DNA of 42,117 bases, from the NCBI GenBank assembly GCA_964510365.1, contig CAZEAR010000001.1:1-42117 (forward strand). Direction: 5' to 3'. Position numbers and translations under genes: made by a program. Below the pieces are notes generated by a model, which was not told the origin of the DNA, did no database searches, and saw nothing but the letters and a program-made list of their open reading frames with translations. Shown piece by piece: positions 23,373 through 31,135 of this stretch; positions within the stretch are counted from its first letter, which is position 1, and each line of letters opens with the position of its first letter. Source of the stretch: an uncultured Dehalococcoidales bacterium (GTDB lineage: Bacteria; Chloroflexota; Dehalococcoidia; GIF9; UBA5629).

Positions 23373-23403
23373 TTGAATCTATAGTACTAAAGTCCGATAT
23401 AAT
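23373..23403 (+). promoter_or_regulatory. Candidate plus-strand promoter placing the transcription start at or next to ATG 23410 (possible leaderless mRNA)
   Basis: TTGAAT (23373-78), a 19-nt spacer, then TATAAT (23398-403). There is no Shine-Dalgarno before ATG 23410. It is flanked by the AGTACTAAAGT direct repeats at 23351-61 and 23383-93. Confidence 0.4.
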
Positions 23404-23409
23404 AAAAGC

Positions 23410-24285
23410 ATGGTCAACGTTCGATCAGGCAAGAGATCCGGGCAGCCGGGACTATTAACACCGGCCAGGGCCGCTATTATCGTTTCAGCTTTAAAAAAAC
23501 ATAATTACATTTCAACAGCCTGCGAGCTCGTGGGGATCTCTAGATCTACTTATAACGACTGGATCCATAAAGGGAACGACTATAAATCTAGACTTCTAAA
23601 TAATGAAGACATTAACAAAGAAGACTATAAGTATATACACTTCGCCGAAGATTGCGAGCGAGCGCGGGCAGGATCCGAAAAAAATCTACTTGGCCGGATC
23701 GATTCAGCCGGATCAGATCGGCAGCTTATCGAGCGGCGAACGATCGTACATACTCTGAAAGATGGAACAGAAAAAAGCGAAACAATAGAACGATGGAAGC
23801 CTGCTGACTGGCAAGCTAATGCCTGGATCCTGGAGCGTACAAGATGGGAAAAATTCGGCCAGCATTCAAGCCTGGATATCCAAAGCGCGGGAGTGATATT
23901 TATCGAGCAATTACAGCGGGCCAGGGACTCAAAGATAATAGAGGGACAATTCCGGGAGATCGAATCTATACAGGATCAGGCAATACCGGAAGAGATCCCG
24001 CCGCCTGCAATAATCGCCATGGCTTCCCAGGCTGATATACACGAGCAAGAAGCGGCAAAACGGCCAATTATGGCCCTGGTATCTAAGAGTAAACAGGCAA
24101 AACAGGGTAATTATGTCAACCAATTGAAGCTAACTTCGCATATGCGCACTTATACGAAGTGTCACGATCAAAACGAAGCTAAAATACCCTTTAATCCGGC
24201 CATTGATCCGATTGTGGAAGAAGTAGATCCGGGAGATCAGATAATTGAAATACCTATCGATACAGATACAGATAACAGTAAGTAA
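23410..24285 (+). CDS. HTH-domain protein, small-terminase (TerS) candidate
   Basis: The N-terminal GQPGLLTPARAAIIVSALKKHNYISTACELVGISRSTYNDWIHKG resembles the TerS-type HTH. First gene of the packaging/head transcription unit. Confidence 0.45.
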   Translation: MVNVRSGKRSGQPGLLTPARAAIIVSALKKHNYISTACELVGISRSTYNDWIHKGNDYKSRLLNNEDINKEDYKYIHFAEDCERARAGSEKNLLGRIDSAGSDRQLIERRTIVHTLKDGTEKSETIERWKPADWQANAWILERTRWEKFGQHSSLDIQSAGVIFIEQLQRARDSKIIEGQFREIESIQDQAIPEEIPPPAIIAMASQADIHEQEAAKRPIMALVSKSKQAKQGNYVNQLKLTSHMRTYTKCHDQNEAKIPFNPAIDPIVEEVDPGDQIIEIPIDTDTDNSK

Positions 24286-24294
24286 TAGATCGGC

Positions 24295-24310
24295 GGCGGC
24301 TTCGGCCGCC
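24295..24310 (+). terminator. GC hairpin with a UUCG tetraloop just after the stop codon (stability or terminator element; no T-tract)
   Basis: GGCGGC-TTCG-GCCGCC. Confidence 0.4.
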
Positions 24311-24546
24311 ATGGCCCGGCTGTGTGGGTATAGGATCGCGTCCCCGGCCCGGATCGGCGAGTTGGCGGCTTTCGTGGCGGAACATGGTGATAGAGAAAGT
24401 AAGCGGTGTAGAAGAGGCCTAGGTCCCTTTTGATAGTCGGTGGTATGGGTGCCTACCCGGCGAGAAATTATAAATCAAAAAGGGGTCAAATAATAGAAAT
24501 CTAGAAAACACTATGAAAACCTAGAAATATAGAAGGGAGAGTGGAA

Positions 24547-24870
24547 ATGTCGAGATACAGAAAAATGAGTAAAAAGGCAAGAAGTCGCAGGCGGGAAGAG
24601 ATCGAAAGGCAGGTAAATGCGTGTGTGGACAGGCGAATAGATCAGATAGTGCGGGTAGGGGAAGCGACAACGATCCGCGGGAAGATCATAGAGATCCTGG
24701 AAAAAATGGCGCGTCCGCCGAGCTTTGTCGTGGGCGTGGATCCCGGCTATCCGGATGCGGAGCCGGTGCTATACGGCAATGGCCAAATCATAAAGATGCC
24801 TGCGGAAGAATCCCGGCTGATGCGATGGTGTAGAATAATAAAAAGTCTGGGGAGAGCGATATGCCGGTAA
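24547..24870 (+). CDS. Hypothetical basic protein
   Basis: The ORF is open from GTG 24541. ATG 24547 follows an AAGGGAGAG Shine-Dalgarno. Confidence 0.45.
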   Translation: MSRYRKMSKKARSRRREEIERQVNACVDRRIDQIVRVGEATTIRGKIIEILEKMARPPSFVVGVDPGYPDAEPVLYGNGQIIKMPAEESRLMRWCRIIKSLGRAICR

Positions 24871-25064
24871 AATTAAAAAGCGTGGGCCATGGGAAGGTCC
24901 AGGTAAGCACTCCGTCCGGCGTAAAGGCGAAGGCGACTACTCCGGCGAAGGCGAAAGCACAGGAACGGTTGCTGAACGCTATCGAGCATAATCCGAATTT
25001 TAAACCGCGGAAGGCGAGGAAAGGAAGAAAACGTGCCAGAGGTAAGGGACGACATAAGAAATAG
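24861..25064 (+). CDS. Small, highly basic K/A/R-rich protein (DNA-binding candidate)
   Basis: 67 aa: ...AKATTPAKAKAQ...KPRKARKGRKRARGKGRHKK. Confidence 0.45.
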   Translation: MPVKLKSVGHGKVQVSTPSGVKAKATTPAKAKAQERLLNAIEHNPNFKPRKARKGRKRARGKGRHKK

Positions 25065-25210
25065 GATGGAAGAGCTCGGGTACACGCGGGATCATGTAGG
25101 CCTATGCTGGCGGCGGCCGCCGTTATTATGCGTTGACGGCCTGCCGGAAGTCCTAACGGACTTGGAAGTGTACCTGAATATGTCAAAAATTATGCCAGAG
25201 GGAGAGTAAA

Positions 25211-25405
25211 ATGGCTGATAAAAAACGAGTAAGATGCCATGGCTGCGGCAATGAATTTGACACCGAAGCGGAAACTATTACTACGCCATGTCCGAATTGC
25301 GGCCTGAGTTTAAAAGTAAACAAGCGATGGGAACCGGAAGGTGCTCAATACGTGACTCCGGCGGATAATGACTATGCCAGAGAAGAAGCGGAAAAATCCC
25401 ATTAA
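25211..25405 (+). CDS. Small zinc-ribbon protein
   Basis: CHGCGNEF...CPNCG, with a GAGGGAGAG Shine-Dalgarno. Confidence 0.5.
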   Translation: MADKKRVRCHGCGNEFDTEAETITTPCPNCGLSLKVNKRWEPEGAQYVTPADNDYAREEAEKSH

Positions 25406-25676
25406 AAAAACGAAGCGCGTCCTGGATCTCGGTAAAATGCCGAACGGATTTGTTTCAGTCGATGATGTCATAGGAACAAATGATATCAACGATCTGCTTT
25501 CTATGATTGAAGAAAAGCGGGCAGATATCGATGGAATAGTTGTCGCATGGCGCGAAAGGAATAGCGGAGCGGTATGCTGGCGGTCCGCGAAAGCAACTGC
25601 TATCGCTATCGTGGCCATGTGCGAAATAGTAAAACAGCATTGCATAGATTTAACCTGGTTGGAGAAGCCTGAATAA
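25368..25676 (+). CDS. Hypothetical protein immediately upstream of TerL (alternative TerS candidate)
   Basis: 102 aa; its stop overlaps the TerL start (TAATG). Confidence 0.4.
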   Translation: MTMPEKKRKNPIKKTKRVLDLGKMPNGFVSVDDVIGTNDINDLLSMIEEKRADIDGIVVAWRERNSGAVCWRSAKATAIAIVAMCEIVKQHCIDLTWLEKPE

Positions 25677-27136
25677 TGCCAATATTATCATCAGATAATA
25701 GAATGGCCGTTCGGAAAGCGATATGGGATGCGCTCGGATGGAGCCCGAGAAGGCTGCAGGCACCGGTTATGTTCGCGAATAACCGGTTTATTGCTGTGTC
25801 CGGCGGTGAAGGATCCGGGAAATCATTCTGCTCGGCAATGCGCGGTATGGAATATGTCGATATAAGCAAATTGATCTGGATCTGCGGCCATGAATTTCTT
25901 GATTGCCGGAAAGAATTTCAATATATGTCTGAGTGGTGTAAAGCACTCGGATTAATCGAGGGTAACATATCCTTCCCGGAAGAAGGCCAATGCCACTTCA
26001 AAACGATCACAGGATGTCACGTATATACTGTAGCGACTAAGGACATTACTAAAATCGGCCGGGAATCCCCGGATCTTATCATTGTATGTGAAGCGGCTCG
26101 TGTGACCGTTGAAGCATACCGCAGGCTCCGCGGCCGTATTACCCGAGAAAAAGGCGACATGATCCTTTCCGGTACATATGAAGGATCTCTCGGCTGGTGG
26201 CCGGAGCTCATTGAAAAATGGAAAGGATATAATACCGAAGACGGATGGAGCTATGTAATGCCGACTTGGGCCAATACTGCAAAATATGAGCTTGGGGATT
26301 ATCAGATTGTGCTCACGGATGGCACTATTATTAAAAATGTCGGCAAAGAGCTTCACGATCTATGGTATAACAGTAATACGCCGCCGGATATTTGTATGGA
26401 ACGGTATGCCGGTCGCCGAGTTAAACCGGCCGGTATGGTCATTCCAGAATTTAATGTTGAGCTCCATGTCGGCGATTATCCTTATTTACCCGATTACCCG
26501 GTAGACATCGCCGTGGATCCTGGGTATGGCATACCAGGAGCTCACGCGATTATTGCGATTCAGATAATTGAAACTCAGATCCGGGTAGTTGACGAGATCT
26601 ATCTGCAGCATATTACTACTGAAGAAATAATCGAACGCATGTGGGCCGAAAAACCATGGGGACACGCATGGACGGCAGGCGCGATCGATATCGCTGCAAA
26701 AGCACATCCGGCAATGCCCGCGCCGATTGAAGTCTGGAAGAAAATGACCGGCGTAACGCTCCGGTGTAAAAAGATCACCGATCTTCAAGGCGGCATAGAG
26801 CTCATTCGCGGTTTGATGTTACCGGATCGCCGGACCGGCTTTTGCAAAGTAGTAATGAATTATAGTTGTCCGGGATTGATTTGTGAGCTCGGCGGCGGTC
26901 CTTCGCCGGTGATCGGCGGCGGTCCATGGCTCCGGGATATGGCCACAAATAAGCCAAAAGAAGAGAATTGCCATTCCATAAAAGCCTTTTTATATTACCT
27001 GGTAAGCCGTTTAGGGTATACTATTCGTAAGAGGGAAAGCAATTATGGAAGAGTTTATACGCCGAGAGGCAAAGCAGGTCGATTAGTCCCACTATCTGAA
27101 TTCGAGGATAAGCATTATGCCAACACAATACGCTGA
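25676..27136 (+). CDS. terL: Terminase large subunit
   Basis: Walker A is SGGEGSGKS, Walker B is PDLIIVCEA and the coupling motif is SGT. The C-terminal RNaseH-like nuclease segment is IAVDPGYGIPGAHAIIAIQ. Confidence 0.85.
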   Translation: MPILSSDNRMAVRKAIWDALGWSPRRLQAPVMFANNRFIAVSGGEGSGKSFCSAMRGMEYVDISKLIWICGHEFLDCRKEFQYMSEWCKALGLIEGNISFPEEGQCHFKTITGCHVYTVATKDITKIGRESPDLIIVCEAARVTVEAYRRLRGRITREKGDMILSGTYEGSLGWWPELIEKWKGYNTEDGWSYVMPTWANTAKYELGDYQIVLTDGTIIKNVGKELHDLWYNSNTPPDICMERYAGRRVKPAGMVIPEFNVELHVGDYPYLPDYPVDIAVDPGYGIPGAHAIIAIQIIETQIRVVDEIYLQHITTEEIIERMWAEKPWGHAWTAGAIDIAAKAHPAMPAPIEVWKKMTGVTLRCKKITDLQGGIELIRGLMLPDRRTGFCKVVMNYSCPGLICELGGGPSPVIGGGPWLRDMATNKPKEENCHSIKAFLYYLVSRLGYTIRKRESNYGRVYTPRGKAGRLVPLSEFEDKHYANTIR

Positions 27137-28931
27137 TTCGCAATTTAGTGCCACAAGTATCGGGGATGCGCCTGAAGCAGATATTATAGCGCGGGACGTT
27201 CAACAAACTGAAAATGAAGCGATCGCCGAAGGACTTAAAAAGGGCGAGTTTTCAGCCGCTACTATAAAAAAGCTGATCGAGAATTTTAATTCGACTCACC
27301 AGGAACTTCACAAGCGCATGGATGGGGATATGGCCCTTTATGAGCTCGAAGATTTTGAGCTCGATATCTATAGTGATTCAATGACGTTTAATGAACCGCG
27401 GCATATGGGAGATATGGTAGTACAGTTATGCAGCGGATCTATATTAAATCTCACGATCGAAACAGAAGAAAAAGATGAAGATATCAACACAATAATCGAG
27501 CAATTTCATCTTTCAATGATCAAATCAGCCGATGAATGGCTTTCTCAAATGCTTCTCGGTAGATTAAAAAGTGAACTTGCATTTTTCGGAGCGATCCGCG
27601 GCTGGATGGTTTTACGAGTAACGATATTCCGGGACAATGACGGGAATTTAGTCCCCTGTATAATGGTCCTTGATCCGCGACATATTAAATGGGGTGTCGG
27701 CATGGGCGGATTCGTATGGGTAGCATATGAAACCTGGCGAACCGCTGAAGAGATCCTGCTTGATTATGGCATAAAGCCAAAAGGCGATATCGGCAAGATC
27801 ACCGATTTTTGGAGCGGGACAGAAAATGTCATTTTATGCGATGATGTTGAAATTCCCGGAAAGCGGATTAAACATAATGTCGGCTGCCCGCCTTTCGTGA
27901 TACATCCTTGTTCCAATCAGCCGCGAGTTGTCGGCGATGATATAAGCAATGCCCGGAAACATTTGAGAGGATGGGGAGAATCAATATATGCGGCTAACCG
28001 GAAATTATACCCGGTCCTGAATAAAATACTCAGTATCTGGCTTTCACTGATCGTAAAAGGACATAATCCCGGCGGATTCATAATTACCGATGATGATCAA
28101 GTACAGATAGAATCGACTCCATGGGGGAAGGGCCAGGTCGAAAAATTACCGATCGGATCTGAATGGGTACCGGTGCAACCGGCAGATGTAGCAAAAACTA
28201 CCCCGGAACTTTTCGGGCAGCTTGCAGCGGCGATCCAGCGCGGCGGGATCTCCTGGGTAACATACGGACAGCTATGGAAAGGCCAGGAACTTTCCGGGAA
28301 CGCGCTTGAAGAATTACGGCAAGGTTTAAGCAAAATAGTACAGCCAATATTGGAAGCACTCGGGGTAACTTTTCAGAGAATGTCCCGGATGGTAGAAGAT
28401 CAGTTCATGTCATACGATACAGCCTGGAATGCGATCGGATGGGACACGAAGGGAGATCATTTCTTCCGGGCGATCGAGCCGGATGATATATCATCGAATC
28501 ACGAGATCCGCTTCGAATTCCTGTCAATAACTCCACAGGAAGAATCGGCGAATATAGCGAAAGCTCAGATGCTGAAGGAATCGGGTATCGGCGATGATGA
28601 ATTCATAAATAAAGAGATTATGAAATTCAAAGATCCGGCCGGAATTGAGGATCGGAAACTGATCCAGCAAGGAAAGGTATTAAGCCAGAAGATCAATTAT
28701 CTCGAAATGATAAAGGCATTCCGAAAGCGCGGCGAAACCATGTATGCCGATATACTATCTGCAGAGCTCGAAAAAATAATCATCATGGAGCAGATGCAAA
28801 CAGGAATGGTCCAGCAAGAAGCTCAACAGCAGCAATTAGCGGCTTTACCTGGTAATTTCCAGCCTAACGCTCCACAATTAACACAGGGCCAGGGACAGCC
28901 TAGAACATTATTGGCGGGACCGCCACAATAA
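27117..28931 (+). CDS. Portal protein
   Basis: 604 aa directly after, and overlapping, terL. It has a Q-rich C-terminus. The call rests on position and size. Confidence 0.65.
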   Translation: MPTQYADSQFSATSIGDAPEADIIARDVQQTENEAIAEGLKKGEFSAATIKKLIENFNSTHQELHKRMDGDMALYELEDFELDIYSDSMTFNEPRHMGDMVVQLCSGSILNLTIETEEKDEDINTIIEQFHLSMIKSADEWLSQMLLGRLKSELAFFGAIRGWMVLRVTIFRDNDGNLVPCIMVLDPRHIKWGVGMGGFVWVAYETWRTAEEILLDYGIKPKGDIGKITDFWSGTENVILCDDVEIPGKRIKHNVGCPPFVIHPCSNQPRVVGDDISNARKHLRGWGESIYAANRKLYPVLNKILSIWLSLIVKGHNPGGFIITDDDQVQIESTPWGKGQVEKLPIGSEWVPVQPADVAKTTPELFGQLAAAIQRGGISWVTYGQLWKGQELSGNALEELRQGLSKIVQPILEALGVTFQRMSRMVEDQFMSYDTAWNAIGWDTKGDHFFRAIEPDDISSNHEIRFEFLSITPQEESANIAKAQMLKESGIGDDEFINKEIMKFKDPAGIEDRKLIQQGKVLSQKINYLEMIKAFRKRGETMYADILSAELEKIIIMEQMQTGMVQQEAQQQQLAALPGNFQPNAPQLTQGQGQPRTLLAGPPQ

Positions 28932-28941
28932 GGAGTAGGAA

Positions 28942-31134
28942 ATGGGACTTTTAAGTAATTGGGCTAATAAAATTTCAAGCGCCTTCAGGCCGCGGCGGCC
29001 GAAAATTGCCACAGCTACGCCGCGAGCTCAGAGTCTGGCTTCTTCATTTGCTTCGCGGCGGCCACAAAGCGCGGCTGTCCAAAACTGGCGTAGAACGGCT
29101 ACTGCTTCCCGGCCGGGATTAGGATCTTCATTTTCAAATTGGAGTAGAAAATTAAGAACTAACCAGGCTCCGCGGATAGCGACAGTAACTAAAAGAGGTC
29201 AGGCTTTAGCACAGCAATTCGCTATTCAACAGCCGCAGAGCGCAGCAGTTCAAAGTTGGAAAAGGACATCAGGCCGCATAGGCGGCATAACCGCGACAGC
29301 GCAGGGAGCTCAGGCCAGGCCAGGGACCATGGCGCGAGTCGCTTTATCTTCCCTGGGCGATGCTTTAACATTCGGTAAAAAGCCGAAGATCGCGCAATCC
29401 ACTCCTGAAGCGGAAGCATTGGCTTTTCAATATGGGCTTGAAAATCCGTTTAGTCCAGCCGTTCAAAATTGGGCCAGGACTCAGAAACCAGGCGCGATCG
29501 CCGATTATACTCGCAGGGAATTGCAATCAAACGCATTATTGAATCAACTATTGGCGCAAAAGCAGGCTTTAGCCGGAGTTCAACAATTCTGGCCGCGTAA
29601 ATATGGTGAAACTGCAGGCGGGATCCCGAAGTTATATCAACCGGATCGGCCATTTGCTACGATCGATGAATTTAAAGAAAATCTCGCGCAGAAATTCCCG
29701 AATATCTTCGGCGAAAGCGGAGAGGTCCGGCCGGAAGCTCAGGCAGCAGGAACGGAAGCATATTGGAAGCCACAACAGGAGATCTTCGGCGGATCTGAAA
29801 CAGGATCTTCTTTGATGAATACGATTCAGAATTGGATGCAAAAGAGAGAAGGCCAGGCTCCGGGCCAGGCTCCGGGCCAGCAACCAGGCCAGGCAGCGGC
29901 ACAGGGATTTCAACCGTTTTTTAAGCCTGGCGCGGTACAGGCAAAGTCGCAGAAAGAAGAAACGGGCGTACCGGCTTATGCTCAACCGCCGCAGCCTGGA
30001 CAGGAAAATAAGATGTGGTGGGAAGGCGGCACATTGCAGGGACCGCCGACACCGGAGCAATTCAATACGCCGGAATATGTCGAAGGATATATGAACGTAT
30101 TAATCAATCCTGATCTGAAGCCGGATTTATATGATAACAACGGCAGGCTGAATGATGAAGGCATGTCAGCTATAACGAATGCCTGGGATCTTTTCACAGC
30201 CGATGCCGCTGAAGGGTATCTAACACCGGATAAAATCAGCGCGAATGAGCCGCTTCACGAGCAATTTAATATGAATATGCTACTCCGGGACCGGTATGAT
30301 CAAAATTGGTTTGAATCAATGCAAGACACCGGGCTTAGCACCGTTGTAAACCAGGTCGCATCCCTGGATCCGAGCAAATTACCGGCGGAGATCTCACAGG
30401 AACGGCTCGATGCCATGCAAAGAGGACCGGACTTCGCGACACTCTATGATATGGGATATCGATCGAAAGCATACCAGGACGAAGCGAGTCAGATCATACA
30501 AAATGCACAGGAGTTTCTGGAAGGTTCGGATGCTCAGATAATTTATGATCCGGCTGAATTAGATTCGTTGACATACGCCAATATCGAAGCATTAAAACAG
30601 GATATCGCTCAAACGAGTCCTGCCGACTGGCAAAGGATCGCTGAGGATGGCGGGCAGATAAATCTCAGGACCGAATTCTATGAATTCAATGAGCGCGGGG
30701 AAGCGATAAATCGGGCCTGGTGGGAAGTTGATTATCCGCCGCAGAGTGAAATGAGTAAAAGTGAAAAAGAGCTTTACATGGACCGGCAGCGATTTTACTA
30801 TGAATGGTATTGGAGCGATGAATCGATCGAACAAAGGCGTAAAGAACGCGAAGAATCATACCAATACTATCACGAAAAAGATCTCGAAGGATGGGGAGAT
30901 TACTACGATCTGCTTGAAACAATGAAATTATACGGAGAGCAGAATGATTATTGGAGTGCTCCGGGTAAATTCGAAGAGTTACGCCGGAAATGGGAAACTA
31001 CCGGCGGGGATCTTTCCTGGGAAGATTGGCTGAAACAATTCGACTTCGAAGGTGAGTGGGCCAGTTTGACACCGGAAGAAAGAGGCGAACGTAAATATAT
31101 ATACAGTCCGCGAATGCAGCGGCTGAATTACTAA
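28942..31134 (+). CDS. Large virion-associated (internal/ejection-type?) protein with three N-terminal sequence repeats and a Q/P/G-rich linker
   Basis: 730 aa. The repeat pattern is P(K/R)IA..T.....LA..(F/Y).....P.S.AVQ.W.RT. The linker is GQAPGQAPGQQPGQAAAQG. It lies between the portal and scaffold genes. Confidence 0.45.
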   Translation: MGLLSNWANKISSAFRPRRPKIATATPRAQSLASSFASRRPQSAAVQNWRRTATASRPGLGSSFSNWSRKLRTNQAPRIATVTKRGQALAQQFAIQQPQSAAVQSWKRTSGRIGGITATAQGAQARPGTMARVALSSLGDALTFGKKPKIAQSTPEAEALAFQYGLENPFSPAVQNWARTQKPGAIADYTRRELQSNALLNQLLAQKQALAGVQQFWPRKYGETAGGIPKLYQPDRPFATIDEFKENLAQKFPNIFGESGEVRPEAQAAGTEAYWKPQQEIFGGSETGSSLMNTIQNWMQKREGQAPGQAPGQQPGQAAAQGFQPFFKPGAVQAKSQKEETGVPAYAQPPQPGQENKMWWEGGTLQGPPTPEQFNTPEYVEGYMNVLINPDLKPDLYDNNGRLNDEGMSAITNAWDLFTADAAEGYLTPDKISANEPLHEQFNMNMLLRDRYDQNWFESMQDTGLSTVVNQVASLDPSKLPAEISQERLDAMQRGPDFATLYDMGYRSKAYQDEASQIIQNAQEFLEGSDAQIIYDPAELDSLTYANIEALKQDIAQTSPADWQRIAEDGGQINLRTEFYEFNERGEAINRAWWEVDYPPQSEMSKSEKELYMDRQRFYYEWYWSDESIEQRRKEREESYQYYHEKDLEGWGDYYDLLETMKLYGEQNDYWSAPGKFEELRRKWETTGGDLSWEDWLKQFDFEGEWASLTPEERGERKYIYSPRMQRLNY

Positions 31135-31135
31135 A

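Noticed and set aside
24245-24433. 62-aa ORF, and overlapping ORFs at 24621-24833 and 24788-25186, in the GC-rich stretch
   Set aside because: They are Ala/Arg/Gly-rich translations typical of random frames in GC-rich DNA. They have no ribosome-binding sites and overlap better-supported genes or hairpins.
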